DNA from: an uncultured Clostridia bacterium
GTDB lineage: Bacteria > Bacillota > Clostridia > TANB77 > UBA1234
DNA length: 64,000 nt
Assembly (NCBI GenBank): GCA_947164995.1
Contig: CAMUYU010000002.1
Coordinates: 3,909 to 67,908, forward strand
Reading direction: 5' to 3'
The translations under genes were made by a program, and so were the position numbers. The notes beneath the pieces were generated by a model, which was not told where the DNA came from, ran no database searches, and saw only the letters and a program-made list of their open reading frames with translations. Position 1 is the stretch's first letter. The number at the start of each line of letters is the position of its first letter. Shown here piece by piece: positions 20,637 to 30,481 of this stretch.

Positions 20637-21344
20637 GTGGAAAAAGAAAGAATAACTATTAATGAAATCCCGGCAATATTGTGGGGTGAAAAAAGTAATA
20701 AAATCTTTGTGGCAGTTCATGGAAACATGTCAAATAAAGAAGATGAGGTAATAGAAATATTGGCCGAAATAGCGACTAATAAAGGATATCAAGTACTTAG
20801 TTTTGATTTGCCAGAACATGGTGAAAGAAAAGATAATAAAGAGTATCTATGCAATGTGCAAAATTGTGTAAAAGATTTAAAAGAAGTTATGGAATTTGTA
20901 AAAGTAAATTTTAAAGAAATAAATTTGTGGGCTTGTAGTATGGGCGCATATTTTAGCTTACTTGCATATAAGGAAGAAGATATCAAAAAGTGTTTGTTTT
21001 TGTCTCCTGTAGTAAATATGAAAGTTATAATAGATAATATGATGAAGTGGAGCAATGTAACAGAAGATGAGCTAAAAGAAAAGCAAGAAATAGAAACAGA
21101 TTTTGGAGCAACACTATATTGGGACTACTACGAATATGTAAAAGAAAATCCAATTGAAAAGTGGGATAAGCCAACAGCAATACTATATGGAGATAAAGAT
21201 AATATGCAAGAGCAAAGCATCATACAAGACTTTGTAGATAAGTTTAATTGCGATTTATCTATTGTAGAAAATGGAGAACATTATTTTCATACAAAAGAGC
21301 AATTGGATGAGTATAAGAAGTGGGTAGAATGGAAAGTCGTATGA
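20637..21344 (+). CDS. Alpha/beta hydrolase fold protein
   Basis: It has VAVHGNMSNKED, a nucleophile-elbow-like WACSMGAY and a C-terminal GEHYFH. The start codon is GTG. Confidence 0.6.
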   Translation: MEKERITINEIPAILWGEKSNKIFVAVHGNMSNKEDEVIEILAEIATNKGYQVLSFDLPEHGERKDNKEYLCNVQNCVKDLKEVMEFVKVNFKEINLWACSMGAYFSLLAYKEEDIKKCLFLSPVVNMKVIIDNMMKWSNVTEDELKEKQEIETDFGATLYWDYYEYVKENPIEKWDKPTAILYGDKDNMQEQSIIQDFVDKFNCDLSIVENGEHYFHTKEQLDEYKKWVEWKVV

Positions 21345-21478
21345 TATAAATATTGCTTTAAAGTATATATTTATTATATATTTTTTGAAATTATGCATAA
21401 TTTTTGCGTTTTTTTATACATTTTTCTTGAATATGTATAAAAAATGTGGTATTTTATACATATAAGGAGGTGAATAGT

Positions 21479-22540
21479 ATGAAATTGGAACTATTACCAT
21501 ACCAACATGTAAATTTAAAAACTAACAAGATATTAGAACAATTGACAGCTTCTTCACGAGCATTAGCAGAGCTTAAAGGATATGCAAATACAATACCAAA
21601 TATGCATATATTAATTAATGCTATAACAATTAATGAAGCAAAGGATAGTAGTGCTATAGAAAATATCGTAACTACGCATGATAGTATTTATAAAGTTCTA
21701 ACTGGAAGTGGCTATAAGGAAGAAAACGCAAAAGAAGTAGTTGATTATAGGACAGCTATTTGGACTGGATATGAGCAAATAAAAAAAGATGGTTATATTA
21801 GTACTAAAACTATTGTCAACATTCAAGAAGTTATAGAACATAACAAAGCAGGAATAAGAAAAATACCAGGAACTGAACTTAAAAATTCTATTACTGGAGA
21901 GACAATCTATACTCCACCACAAAATGAAAAAGAGATTCGTGACTATTTAAAAAATTTAGAAGATTATATTAATGATTTTAAAGATGGAGTAGATCCATTA
22001 ATAAAGATGGCAATGATACATTATCAATTTGAGAGTATTCATCCTTTTTATGATGGTAATGGAAGAACGGGAAGAATACTAAATGTATTGTACTTAGTAT
22101 TAAATAATCTTTTGAATAGTCCAATTCTATACTTGAGTAAATACATTAACGAAACAAAGCAGGAATATTATAGATTGCTTCAAAATATAAGAGAAAATAA
22201 TGACTTTGAAGAATGGGTTTTGTATATACTAAAAGGAGTTGAGATTACTTCTAAGGATACAATTAAATTAATTGAAAAAATACAAAATGAGATTAAATCA
22301 TATAAAGAAGATTTTAAATCTAAACTTCCAAAAATTTATTCAAAAGAATTGTTAGATAGTTTGTTTTATGAAGTATATACAAAGATTTCATATATAGAAA
22401 AAGCTTGCTCTGTTACTAGACTTACTGCAACTTCATATTTAAATCAATTAGAAGAAGTGGGATTACTAAAATCTGAAAAAATTGGTAGAGAAAAGGTTTA
22501 TAAAAATATTCGTTTGATTAAGATTTTATCAGACAATTAA
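21479..22540 (+). CDS. Fic family protein (AMPylase-type) with an N-terminal auto-inhibitory motif and a C-terminal wHTH-like tail
   Basis: The Fic motif HPFYDGNGRTGR is present, and SSAIEN matches the inhibitory [ST]xxxE[GN] motif. The start is set at the ATG at 21479, behind AAGGAGG; the ORF track begins at a GTG at 21446. Confidence 0.85.
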   Translation: MKLELLPYQHVNLKTNKILEQLTASSRALAELKGYANTIPNMHILINAITINEAKDSSAIENIVTTHDSIYKVLTGSGYKEENAKEVVDYRTAIWTGYEQIKKDGYISTKTIVNIQEVIEHNKAGIRKIPGTELKNSITGETIYTPPQNEKEIRDYLKNLEDYINDFKDGVDPLIKMAMIHYQFESIHPFYDGNGRTGRILNVLYLVLNNLLNSPILYLSKYINETKQEYYRLLQNIRENNDFEEWVLYILKGVEITSKDTIKLIEKIQNEIKSYKEDFKSKLPKIYSKELLDSLFYEVYTKISYIEKACSVTRLTATSYLNQLEEVGLLKSEKIGREKVYKNIRLIKILSDN

Positions 22541-22605
22541 TGGAGTATTTTTTTGAAACATAAATTGATAAAGATAAGATATAATCCATTAGAGGATGTG
22601 AAGAT

Positions 22606-23082
22606 ATGAGTAAAGTAACAAAAAATAGTTGGAAACATTTGCCATTTAAAACATATGAAACTTTTGAATTTAATAAAAAACTATCTATGGAAGAGTTTAA
22701 CAAATTAAAACAAGGCCATCTTCCAGAAGCTATGGAAGATCATTGGTTTATGTATTGTGATGAAGACTCAATTAACTGGATTAGAAGTTGGACTGGAATA
22801 CAGATATTTAAGGGATTTTATAGGATTGAAAATAATGAGTGTATTATTTATTCTGTTCAAATAAACAATAATAAAGATGAGTATCAGCCAAAGTCTTACT
22901 ATGAATCATTGGGCGTATTTGAGCATTTGGTTGATTGCTATTCAACTGAATCAAAAGAAAAAATCAATAAATTTTGGGACAGAGAAAATGAATTAGCAGA
23001 GCAAATCGAGGAAGGTAAGATTACAAAAGAAGAAGCGGATGAAATAAGAAAAAAGGATTATTTAGAAAGTTTGAAAAAATAG
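22606..23082 (+). CDS. Hypothetical protein (158 aa)
   Basis: The call rests on ORF length and host-like AT3 codon bias only. No motif was recognised. Confidence 0.5.
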   Translation: MSKVTKNSWKHLPFKTYETFEFNKKLSMEEFNKLKQGHLPEAMEDHWFMYCDEDSINWIRSWTGIQIFKGFYRIENNECIIYSVQINNNKDEYQPKSYYESLGVFEHLVDCYSTESKEKINKFWDRENELAEQIEEGKITKEEADEIRKKDYLESLKK

Positions 23083-23115
23083 GGTAAATAGATTTTTAAA
23101 TAAGGAAGTGATTTT

Positions 23116-23727
23116 ATGGGGTTTGGTTCTCCAACACTAATTAACCAACCACAATCAGAGTGGATTTACTGTTGGAAATGTGGTGCTAATATTCAACCCA
23201 AAGCTTCAATTTGTCCACATTGTAAAGCAAAACAAAGAAGAGCTAGTGGTTGTTTAATGGTACTTGCTACTTTAGGTGGTATTTTTCTTGCATTAATTTT
23301 TCTTGTATTAATTACTGGTGTTGAAGATTATAGGCCAGAGAAATCGACTGTTGGCCAATCATATGTTGAACCTGAGATATCAAAAGAAGAATTCATTACT
23401 CAATGTGAACAACACACTTATGAGGAACTTGCAAGAACACCTAATGAATATTATGGAGTTAAATTGGAATTAACAGGAAAGGTGTCACAAGTTCAAGAAA
23501 GCGGAAGATATGTAATTATTCTTTTGAATATAGGAACTGAGGTATGGGATAACAACACCGTTTGGTGCACATATACTTACCGTGACCCAAACGAACCAAG
23601 AATTCTAGAAAATGATAAAATTACCATTTATGGTGTATCCAACAAAACACATACTTACACAACAGTGCTAGGAGCATCAAAAACAATTCCTGCAGTTGAG
23701 GTTAAGTTTGTAGATATTAATAGTTAA
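23116..23727 (+). CDS. Zinc-ribbon membrane protein (203 aa)
   Basis: It has the CWKCG...CPHCK zinc ribbon, one TM helix (LMVLATLGGIFLALIFLVLI) and an extracytoplasmic C-terminal domain. Confidence 0.55.
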   Translation: MGFGSPTLINQPQSEWIYCWKCGANIQPKASICPHCKAKQRRASGCLMVLATLGGIFLALIFLVLITGVEDYRPEKSTVGQSYVEPEISKEEFITQCEQHTYEELARTPNEYYGVKLELTGKVSQVQESGRYVIILLNIGTEVWDNNTVWCTYTYRDPNEPRILENDKITIYGVSNKTHTYTTVLGASKTIPAVEVKFVDINS

Positions 23728-23806
23728 TAGCTCAACAAAGGACTAAACCATAATGTTTAATCTTTTGATTAAAAACATATTTTGCAAAAACGGAAGGAAA
23801 ATTATT

Positions 23807-23962
23807 ATGAGTAATATTATAGATGAATTTCAAAAGAAATATCCTACCAAAGAAGCTAAAGAACAGGCATTAAAAAATATGTCAAATTCCGATATACAAA
23901 AGCTAATTGATGCTTCTACCAATACAAATGGAAAGATATTTTATAGTAAATTTTTAAAATAG
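23807..23962 (+). CDS. Small hypothetical protein (51 aa)
   Basis: The ATG lies behind a GGAAGG RBS, and a strong terminator follows directly. Confidence 0.35.
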   Translation: MSNIIDEFQKKYPTKEAKEQALKNMSNSDIQKLIDASTNTNGKIFYSKFLK

Positions 23963-23967
23963 AAGGG

Positions 23968-24008
23968 TTGAACGATACGTCAAATTTAGGCTATCGTTCA
24001 ATTTTTTT
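23968..24008 (+). terminator. Intrinsic terminator
   Basis: The stem is TTGAACGATA/TATCGTTCAA, followed by a T7 run. Confidence 0.75.
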
Positions 24009-24164
24009 GTATCGGCGAACTGTGTTCGCCATATGGAGTACAAAGTGCTCCGCTACGAAAAACGCGAATTTGAACACGTTCCAATCCTTAGATAAATCGG
24101 GCAAAAAAGGTTGTCCCGGTTTGACCGATTTGATAGAATGTTTTTGAAAGAATGGGGGAAAAAT

Positions 24165-25358
24165 ATGAAGAAATTATTAGTATTATTAATAGTAGCGATT
24201 TTGTTGGTTGGGTGTGAACAAAAGAAAGAAGAAAACAACGATAATGTTGAAGTGGTTAATAATCCACAACCAACAACAACCGTTCAAAATACAAATAAAA
24301 AATTTGAAATTAAAAATGAATATATAGAAGAAAAGCAATTTGTAATTGATCCACAAGTAGATAATGAAGGTTATATGGATTGTAAAATAAATTTTTGGGA
24401 AGGTAAGGCATACTACACTGATGGATTCGGTAATGTTTTAAGAGGTCCATATGAAATAAGTGGCGACAGCATAACTATTAATTTTAATATGCTTGATGCA
24501 GAATATTCGGAAAAGCCACAACAATTAGATGTAGATGTTCATTTAAAAATGCTTGATGAAACTACAATTATAGTTGCTGAAACTCCACCACCATATACAG
24601 TTAAGACAAGCACATTTGTAGATGGAAACTGGGTATTTGATAGTGGCGAAAAAGAAATGACATTTCTTGGTTTTGTAAAAGATTATCGCTTTTATAAAGT
24701 GCCAGTAGTTGGAAAAATTGATGACACGAAAGAGTGGGTTTATGATGCAGAATATACAAAAGATGTAAAAGCGCCAAGCTATGAAGTTTGGGAGCAAACA
24801 TATTCTGCAGAAGATATAGTAGTTCCTTACATAAATATAGATTCAGATTATGCTCGTAAAGTAAATGCAGAGATTAAAGAAGCATTCAACAAAATAGTTG
24901 CACACTACAACGAAGGTGTTGAAGATGGCTTTTCTTACGTAGATACATGCGAGTATACAACATATGAATATGAAAATGGATTATTTGTGTTATTTACTTA
25001 TGGGCTAGGTGCAACAGATGTAGTTCATCCGGTGTATTGCGCATATAGTTTTGACTTAGTAGATGGAAGTAAAATGGACTTAGACTTTTTCTGTAACTTC
25101 ATTGGCCTTAGCAAGCCAGTAGTACAATTTTCAATTGAAACAAATATTGAAAAAATGGTTCGTGAAGAAATGAAAAGTTTTGATGAAGAAGAAATTAAAA
25201 CATATGTAGATTTATCTAAAAAATCTTTTGCAGATAAGTTCGAGTCTGAAGATGTTGATTTTACAATAGTTGGAGAAGGAGACCCATTTTTTGTAGTGGA
25301 TATTCAAATACCTGCAGGAACAGGGCATTTTGATACGCTAGTTGGAGTGTATGATTAG
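24165..25358 (+). CDS. Lipoprotein of unknown function
   Basis: The signal peptide MKKLLVLLIVAILLVGC contains the lipobox LVGC. The start is set at the ATG at 24165, behind GGGGGA. Confidence 0.7.
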   Translation: MKKLLVLLIVAILLVGCEQKKEENNDNVEVVNNPQPTTTVQNTNKKFEIKNEYIEEKQFVIDPQVDNEGYMDCKINFWEGKAYYTDGFGNVLRGPYEISGDSITINFNMLDAEYSEKPQQLDVDVHLKMLDETTIIVAETPPPYTVKTSTFVDGNWVFDSGEKEMTFLGFVKDYRFYKVPVVGKIDDTKEWVYDAEYTKDVKAPSYEVWEQTYSAEDIVVPYINIDSDYARKVNAEIKEAFNKIVAHYNEGVEDGFSYVDTCEYTTYEYENGLFVLFTYGLGATDVVHPVYCAYSFDLVDGSKMDLDFFCNFIGLSKPVVQFSIETNIEKMVREEMKSFDEEEIKTYVDLSKKSFADKFESEDVDFTIVGEGDPFFVVDIQIPAGTGHFDTLVGVYD

Positions 25359-25382
25359 AGGATGGATGAGGAGGACTTTCAA

Positions 25383-26369
25383 ATGGATTTATTTGAAAAG
25401 AATGGTAATTGCTTATATATTTTACACGTTTTAAAAAAGTACACTGATGAAGACCATGCAATTAGTGTTGCGGAGATTCAAAGAAAGATAAAAGAAATAT
25501 TTGATGTAGACATAGATTCTAGAACAATTAGAAGAAACATCACCCTTTTAAAATACAAATTAAACTATGATATCAGCACGAGAGACGAAAACAAAAGAGG
25601 GTACTACATCACAAGAGATCCTGAAACAGACTTCGAAGCTGGCGAAATAAGAGCAATAATAGACACTTTTAATTATAGTAATTTCATTGCACCTAGTGTT
25701 GCAAAAGGGATTATAGGAAAGTGCAAAAACTTGCAAAATGTGTATGAAAACGAAAAATTAAAAGATTATCAAATTCTTGTTCCAGATAACAAAACACAAA
25801 ATAAAGAAGTAATAAAAAATTTGGAAGATATCTCTGAAGCAATTTTAAATAATAATAAAATCTCTTTTGAATATTGGAAATATAGATTAAATGATAAATT
25901 AGAAAAGCAAATTTCAAGTTCTCCAACAGTTTCGCCTTATGCCATCGTATATAACAAACAAGAGTTTTATCTAATATGCTTAAAGGATGATAAAGAAGAG
26001 CTTTCTCATTATAGAATAGACAAAATGAAAAACGTAAAAGTAATTAAAAAGAGTAGCGTTACTCGTAAAACAAAAAAAGAAGTGCGAGATTTTGCGTTAT
26101 CTGCGGTTGAAATGTTTGGTGGAAAAACTACAAAAATAACAGTAATTTGCAATAACATTTTATTGGATGAAGTAATAGAAAGATTTGGAAAAGACATAAA
26201 GATAAAAAAAGTCGATGAAGATAGCTTTAAAATGACAGTAGATGCCAATATAATGGGCTTTAAGTTTTGGGTAATGAGAAACATGGATATGGTGACAGTA
26301 GTTACACCTACTGAATTAAGGAAAGAATTGAAAGAAATAGCTGAAAAAGCTTATAACGAATACAAATAA
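25383..26369 (+). CDS. WYL-domain transcriptional regulator (N-terminal HTH + WYL)
   Basis: The N-terminal part reads ISVAEIQRKIKEIFDVDIDSRTIRRNITLL (HTH). The central part reads SPYAIVYNKQEFYLICL...HYRIDKMKNVKV (WYL-type). A GAGGAGG RBS lies 9 nt before the ATG at 25383. Confidence 0.7.
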   Translation: MDLFEKNGNCLYILHVLKKYTDEDHAISVAEIQRKIKEIFDVDIDSRTIRRNITLLKYKLNYDISTRDENKRGYYITRDPETDFEAGEIRAIIDTFNYSNFIAPSVAKGIIGKCKNLQNVYENEKLKDYQILVPDNKTQNKEVIKNLEDISEAILNNNKISFEYWKYRLNDKLEKQISSSPTVSPYAIVYNKQEFYLICLKDDKEELSHYRIDKMKNVKVIKKSSVTRKTKKEVRDFALSAVEMFGGKTTKITVICNNILLDEVIERFGKDIKIKKVDEDSFKMTVDANIMGFKFWVMRNMDMVTVVTPTELRKELKEIAEKAYNEYK

Positions 26370-26474
26370 TGTGCATTGTGTGTCCAAGCAACTTGAAAAA
26401 GTTTGTATATTATTATATATTGATAATGATGCTGCTGCTGGATAGTTTCTATTTTGCTGTATTCATATATCACA

Positions 26475-26509
26475 AAAGAAAACTATTGGTAATGATAGTT
26501 TTCTTTTTT
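26475..26509 (+). terminator. Intrinsic terminator after the WYL gene
   Basis: The stem is AAAGAAAACTAT/ATAGTTTTCTTT, followed by a T-run. Confidence 0.7.
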
Positions 26510-26565
26510 AGTTTAGATGAGGTTGATTTGTCGGAAATAAAAGATGGGAAGGTTGAAATTGTAAG

Positions 26566-27024
26566 ATGAAAGAAATTGATATTAACAATCAAATGATGAT
26601 TTATTTCTATAGCCCTCAAGGAACATATTCAAGAATTCAGTATTGTTTGTATTTATTAGGATTAGATAAGAAAAAGAAAATTGGAAACACATATCTTCAT
26701 AATCTTGCATTTGATATTGCAAGAGAAAATGATTTAAATAGATATTTTAAATATGATGTAATATATTTAGATGGATTTTATGATTCTGGATTTTATGGTC
26801 AAGCTGGCAAGGAACGTTTTATTGAAAGCGAAGAAATGACGAGGTTGATTGTTGAGTTTATGGAAAGGCTAACTAGAAATGACATTCAAATTGTTATGGC
26901 TGGACACGGTAGACTTGATTCAATAAGTACTTTACCTAAAAAACTTAAGGATCAAATTGTTGAAATTGATTTATTCTATGACGAAGGCTGGTCTTATGAT
27001 TATGAAATCGAGTACGGTATTTAA
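26566..27024 (+). CDS. Hypothetical protein (152 aa), first gene of the HAD/phosphoesterase/ARH operon
   Basis: The ORF has an RBS (GGGAAGG). No motif was recognised. Confidence 0.5.
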   Translation: MKEIDINNQMMIYFYSPQGTYSRIQYCLYLLGLDKKKKIGNTYLHNLAFDIARENDLNRYFKYDVIYLDGFYDSGFYGQAGKERFIESEEMTRLIVEFMERLTRNDIQIVMAGHGRLDSISTLPKKLKDQIVEIDLFYDEGWSYDYEIEYGI

Positions 27025-27052
27025 TAAAAATATGATAATTGAGGATAAGTAA

Positions 27053-27505
27053 ATGAATTTAGTTTTTTTAGATTATGATGGTGTTGTAAATACAATGCAA
27101 TTTTTTTCAAACGAAGAAAATCCACGAGAGTGTACACCAAAAGATAATATGGTTAGCAATTATCAAGCATGCAGATGGCTTTCTAAATTATGTTTGGAAA
27201 CTAATAGTAAGATTGTTGTAACAAGTTCATGGAGATATGAGGATAATTATAAAGAATGTTTGTATAATGGCGGATTAGATTCTAGGGTTGAAATTCTCGG
27301 AAAAACAGAAGAGTTTAATTTCCAATCTAGAGGGTTTGCAATTAATCACTTCATAGAACATTTTAAGGAGCCAATAGAACATATAGTCATTCTTGATGAT
27401 AGAAACGATATGGATGAGTATAATAAGTTTTTGGTTGAGTGCAATCCAACAATAGGCTTTACAATGCAAGATTATTGGAAAGCAAAGGAGATATTGGAAA
27501 AATAA
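27053..27505 (+). CDS. Small HAD-like phosphatase (resembles the stand-alone HAD module of 'Swiss-army-knife' RNA-repair proteins)
   Basis: Motif I is FLDYDGVVN. VTSSWR supplies the motif II Ser/Thr and ILDDRND the motif IV acidic residues. Confidence 0.55.
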   Translation: MNLVFLDYDGVVNTMQFFSNEENPRECTPKDNMVSNYQACRWLSKLCLETNSKIVVTSSWRYEDNYKECLYNGGLDSRVEILGKTEEFNFQSRGFAINHFIEHFKEPIEHIVILDDRNDMDEYNKFLVECNPTIGFTMQDYWKAKEILEK

Positions 27506-27506
27506 A

Positions 27507-27549
27507 ACTAGTAATCTTATGTAACGTCAAAAAGGGTTGTCCCTAATTG
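27507..27549 (+). repeat. Copy 1 of the intergenic element ACTAGTArTCTTATGTAACGTCAAAAAGGGyTGTCCCTAATTG
   Basis: It is near-identical to 32985-33028 and, in inverted orientation, to 32879-32911. A partial match lies at 24102-24117. Confidence 0.7.
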
Positions 27550-27568
27550 GCACTAATAATTTGTAAAG

Positions 27569-28183
27569 ATGGTGATAATGTTGTTTAACCATTTTGATAA
27601 GGTAATAAATGGTACTATTAATAAAAGAATTCAGTTTGGAATAGTTAAAGGAAATAATACCATTGTACATATAAAAGCTGGAATTGGAGGTTCTTTATAC
27701 GGATATAAAAAGAAGTATTACAAAATGGCAAAAAGAATAAACCGTAAGTATGGCTATACAGTAATATGTGCTTCTAATCCATCTGTATTTCCTGCCACTT
27801 TAGAAGATAGTGATATTTTAATAACTAGTTATTGTAATAAGAGAGGCTTTGAAGAATATCAAATATATTATGTCGGTTTTTCAAATGGAGGAAATCTTGG
27901 ATTATTATGTGGTATCAATAATGATAAAATAAAACGAATGCTTATAGTAAACACTCCTATTTTTGACTATGAAAAATCAATAAAAGATATTAATAGTTTT
28001 AAAGGTGAAAAAATAGTTTTTGTATATGGAAGTTTAGATGATTGTGGATTTGATATCAATAGATTAAAGAATAATTGCCCTAATGCAAAATTTTTTATAG
28101 TTGAAGGAGCGGATCACCAGTTTGTTGGCATGTTAAAAGAATTCATAGAACTTCCGGAAAAATATTTTTTAGAGGATAAGTAG
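27569..28183 (+). CDS. Alpha/beta-hydrolase-like protein (204 aa)
   Basis: It has the GFSNGG nucleophile elbow and a C-terminal GADHQF. Confidence 0.5.
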   Translation: MVIMLFNHFDKVINGTINKRIQFGIVKGNNTIVHIKAGIGGSLYGYKKKYYKMAKRINRKYGYTVICASNPSVFPATLEDSDILITSYCNKRGFEEYQIYYVGFSNGGNLGLLCGINNDKIKRMLIVNTPIFDYEKSIKDINSFKGEKIVFVYGSLDDCGFDINRLKNNCPNAKFFIVEGADHQFVGMLKEFIELPEKYFLEDK

Positions 28184-28184
28184 A

Positions 28185-28895
28185 ATGATATTTGATAAGT
28201 TGTTTAAACAAAATAAAAAGTACTATGATTACGAAAAAAGCATTTCCTATAATGCTAAAGCCAGAAAAATAAGTAAGCCTATAAGACTTCTAGTAATATC
28301 AGATACACATGGAGACTTGGCATTAAGCAAGACTTTGAAATATGATATTATAGATAAAGAGTTTGATTTGTGTTGTATTTTAGGAGACATTCATTATTAT
28401 GATTATGAAGTGATACTAGAGTATATTCCTAAAGACAAAATTGTTGCTTTACTTGGTAACCATGATAGTTTTGATCTACTTAAGACATATGACTTAAAAG
28501 ATTTAAATGGTAAAGTTGTAGAAGTAAATGGAATAAGAATTGGTGGAATTCAAGGAAGTAGTAGGTATAAGGATTTAGCTTTTCCATCATTTACGCAAGA
28601 AGAAAGCATAAATTTTACTGAAAAAATGCCATATGTTGACATACTGCTATCGCATGATAAGCCGTTTACGATTTCATATAATCAAGATAATCCTTTTATT
28701 CCTGATTTTTGTGATGCTCATGATGGACTCAAAGGAATTACAAAATTTTTATATGATAAACAAGTTCCTATAAATATACATGGGCATCTTCATACAAGTG
28801 ATTTGACTACTCTAAAAAATGGCACACAAGTAAAGGGAGTATATGAGGTTGAATTGTTAGAAATCAAGGATGGAGAAATAAAGAAAATTGATTAA
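28185..28895 (+). CDS. Calcineurin-like metallophosphoesterase (paralog 1)
   Basis: The motifs VISDTHGD, LGD, GNHD and HGHLH are present. Confidence 0.75.
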   Translation: MIFDKLFKQNKKYYDYEKSISYNAKARKISKPIRLLVISDTHGDLALSKTLKYDIIDKEFDLCCILGDIHYYDYEVILEYIPKDKIVALLGNHDSFDLLKTYDLKDLNGKVVEVNGIRIGGIQGSSRYKDLAFPSFTQEESINFTEKMPYVDILLSHDKPFTISYNQDNPFIPDFCDAHDGLKGITKFLYDKQVPINIHGHLHTSDLTTLKNGTQVKGVYEVELLEIKDGEIKKID

Positions 28896-28939
28896 AAGGC
28901 AATACAAGAACATGAAGAAATGTATGGAGAATAAAAATA

Positions 28940-29638
28940 ATGTTTGAAAGTTTATTCAAAAGTAGAATTAATAGTAATTTAACTAAGGTTCATGAAGAAA
29001 AACTATATAAGAAATATGGCAATTGTGATTCAGTTTCAAAAAGTATCAAATTGTTGGTAGTTTCAGATACACATGAATATTTAGCATACAATCATAAATG
29101 GCAAGAAAAACTTTTAAATGCAAAAGATTATGATTTGTGTTGTGTTTTAGGAGACATATCTAATGGAGATATTGAGACTGTTTTAGAGTATATTCCAAAA
29201 GAAAAGATAATTGGAATTTTAGGAAACCATGATGATTTTGACTTTTTGAAGAAGTATGATATACAAGATATTAACGGAAAAACGGTTGATGTTAATGGAA
29301 TTAAAATTGGTGGCATACAAGGGGCAATAAGATGTTATGGCAAATACGATTATCCATGTTTTTCTCATTCTGATAGCATTAAATTTATGGATAATATGGA
29401 AAAAGTTGATGTTTTATTATCTCATTCAGGACCTTTTTATGATTATAATGATGACCCTTTTCACAATGGTTTAAAGGGAATTACTAAGTATTTGTATAAA
29501 AATAAAATTCCTATAAATATACATGGACACCTACATAAAAATAAGCAAAAGTTTTTAAATAATGGGACTTTGGTTCAATGTATTTATGGAGTTGAACTTA
29601 TAGAAATTAAGGATGGTAAAATTAAAGTGGTTTCGTAA
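28940..29638 (+). CDS. Calcineurin-like metallophosphoesterase (paralog 2)
   Basis: The motifs VVSDTHE, LGD, GNHD and HGHLH are present. It is collinear with the upstream paralog and roughly half its residues are identical by eye. Confidence 0.75.
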   Translation: MFESLFKSRINSNLTKVHEEKLYKKYGNCDSVSKSIKLLVVSDTHEYLAYNHKWQEKLLNAKDYDLCCVLGDISNGDIETVLEYIPKEKIIGILGNHDDFDFLKKYDIQDINGKTVDVNGIKIGGIQGAIRCYGKYDYPCFSHSDSIKFMDNMEKVDVLLSHSGPFYDYNDDPFHNGLKGITKYLYKNKIPINIHGHLHKNKQKFLNNGTLVQCIYGVELIEIKDGKIKVVS

Positions 29639-29676
29639 ATCACTAATAGTATTAATAAAATAAGGAGTTGTTGAAA

Positions 29677-30468
29677 ATGTTAGGAGCAATATGCGGAGAC
29701 GTTGTGGGTTCAATATATGAATGGCACAACATAAAGACAAAAGATTTTAAATTATTTGAAGGAAACTGTGAATTTACAGATGATAGTGTAATGACAGTTG
29801 CAATCGCAAAGGCATGTGTTGAATATTTAAAAGATAAAGATATATATAATTTTAAAAATAATTGTGTTAAATATATGAAATTGTTTGGGCTTAGATATCC
29901 AAATTCTGGCTATGGTGGGAAGTTTTATTTATGGTTAGGAAGCACTAACCCTCAACCATACAATAGCTATGGAAATGGATCTGCAATGAGAGTTTCGCCT
30001 GTAGGATGGATTGCAGAATCACTTGAAGAAGCGGAAAATTTAGCAGAAGTATCTGCAGAAGTAACACACAATCATCCAGAAGGAATTAAGGGAGCAAAAT
30101 CAATTGCAGGTGCAATATGGCTTTTGAGAAATGGAAAAAGCAAAGAAGAAGTTTTGAAATACATAAAAGATAATTACTATGATATTGATTTTACTCTAGA
30201 TGAAATAAGAGCAACGTATAGATATGATGTAACTTGTCAAGGCTCTGTACCACAAGCAATAGAAGCTTTTATAGAATCAACAGATTTTGAAGATGCAATC
30301 AAAAATGCAATTTCAATTGGTGGTGACTCCGATACAGTTGCAGCAATTACTGGAAGCATGGCAGAAGCTTGTTACGGAATGACACAAGAATTAAAAGAAA
30401 AAACAATTAGTTATTTAGGAGAAGATTTAAAAGAAGTAGTTGAAGAGTTTGAAAATTTAAAATTTTAA
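29677..30468 (+). CDS. ADP-ribosylglycohydrolase family protein
   Basis: It has the N-terminal GAICGDVVGS, FTDDSVMT and C-terminal GGDSDTVAAITGSMAEA. The start is set at the ATG 9 nt after AAGGAG. Confidence 0.8.
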   Translation: MLGAICGDVVGSIYEWHNIKTKDFKLFEGNCEFTDDSVMTVAIAKACVEYLKDKDIYNFKNNCVKYMKLFGLRYPNSGYGGKFYLWLGSTNPQPYNSYGNGSAMRVSPVGWIAESLEEAENLAEVSAEVTHNHPEGIKGAKSIAGAIWLLRNGKSKEEVLKYIKDNYYDIDFTLDEIRATYRYDVTCQGSVPQAIEAFIESTDFEDAIKNAISIGGDSDTVAAITGSMAEACYGMTQELKEKTISYLGEDLKEVVEEFENLKF

Positions 30469-30481
30469 GGAGGAAAAGAAA

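Noticed and set aside
24013-24080. GAAC...GTTC palindromes as LexA (Cheo-box) sites
   Set aside because: The Firmicute SOS box is GAAC-N4-GTTC, whereas these have N3 and N2 spacers.
26369-26569. 66-aa ORF after the WYL gene
   Set aside because: It spans an intrinsic terminator (26475-26509), has no RBS and has an odd composition (LLLL/FFF). It is probably intergenic.
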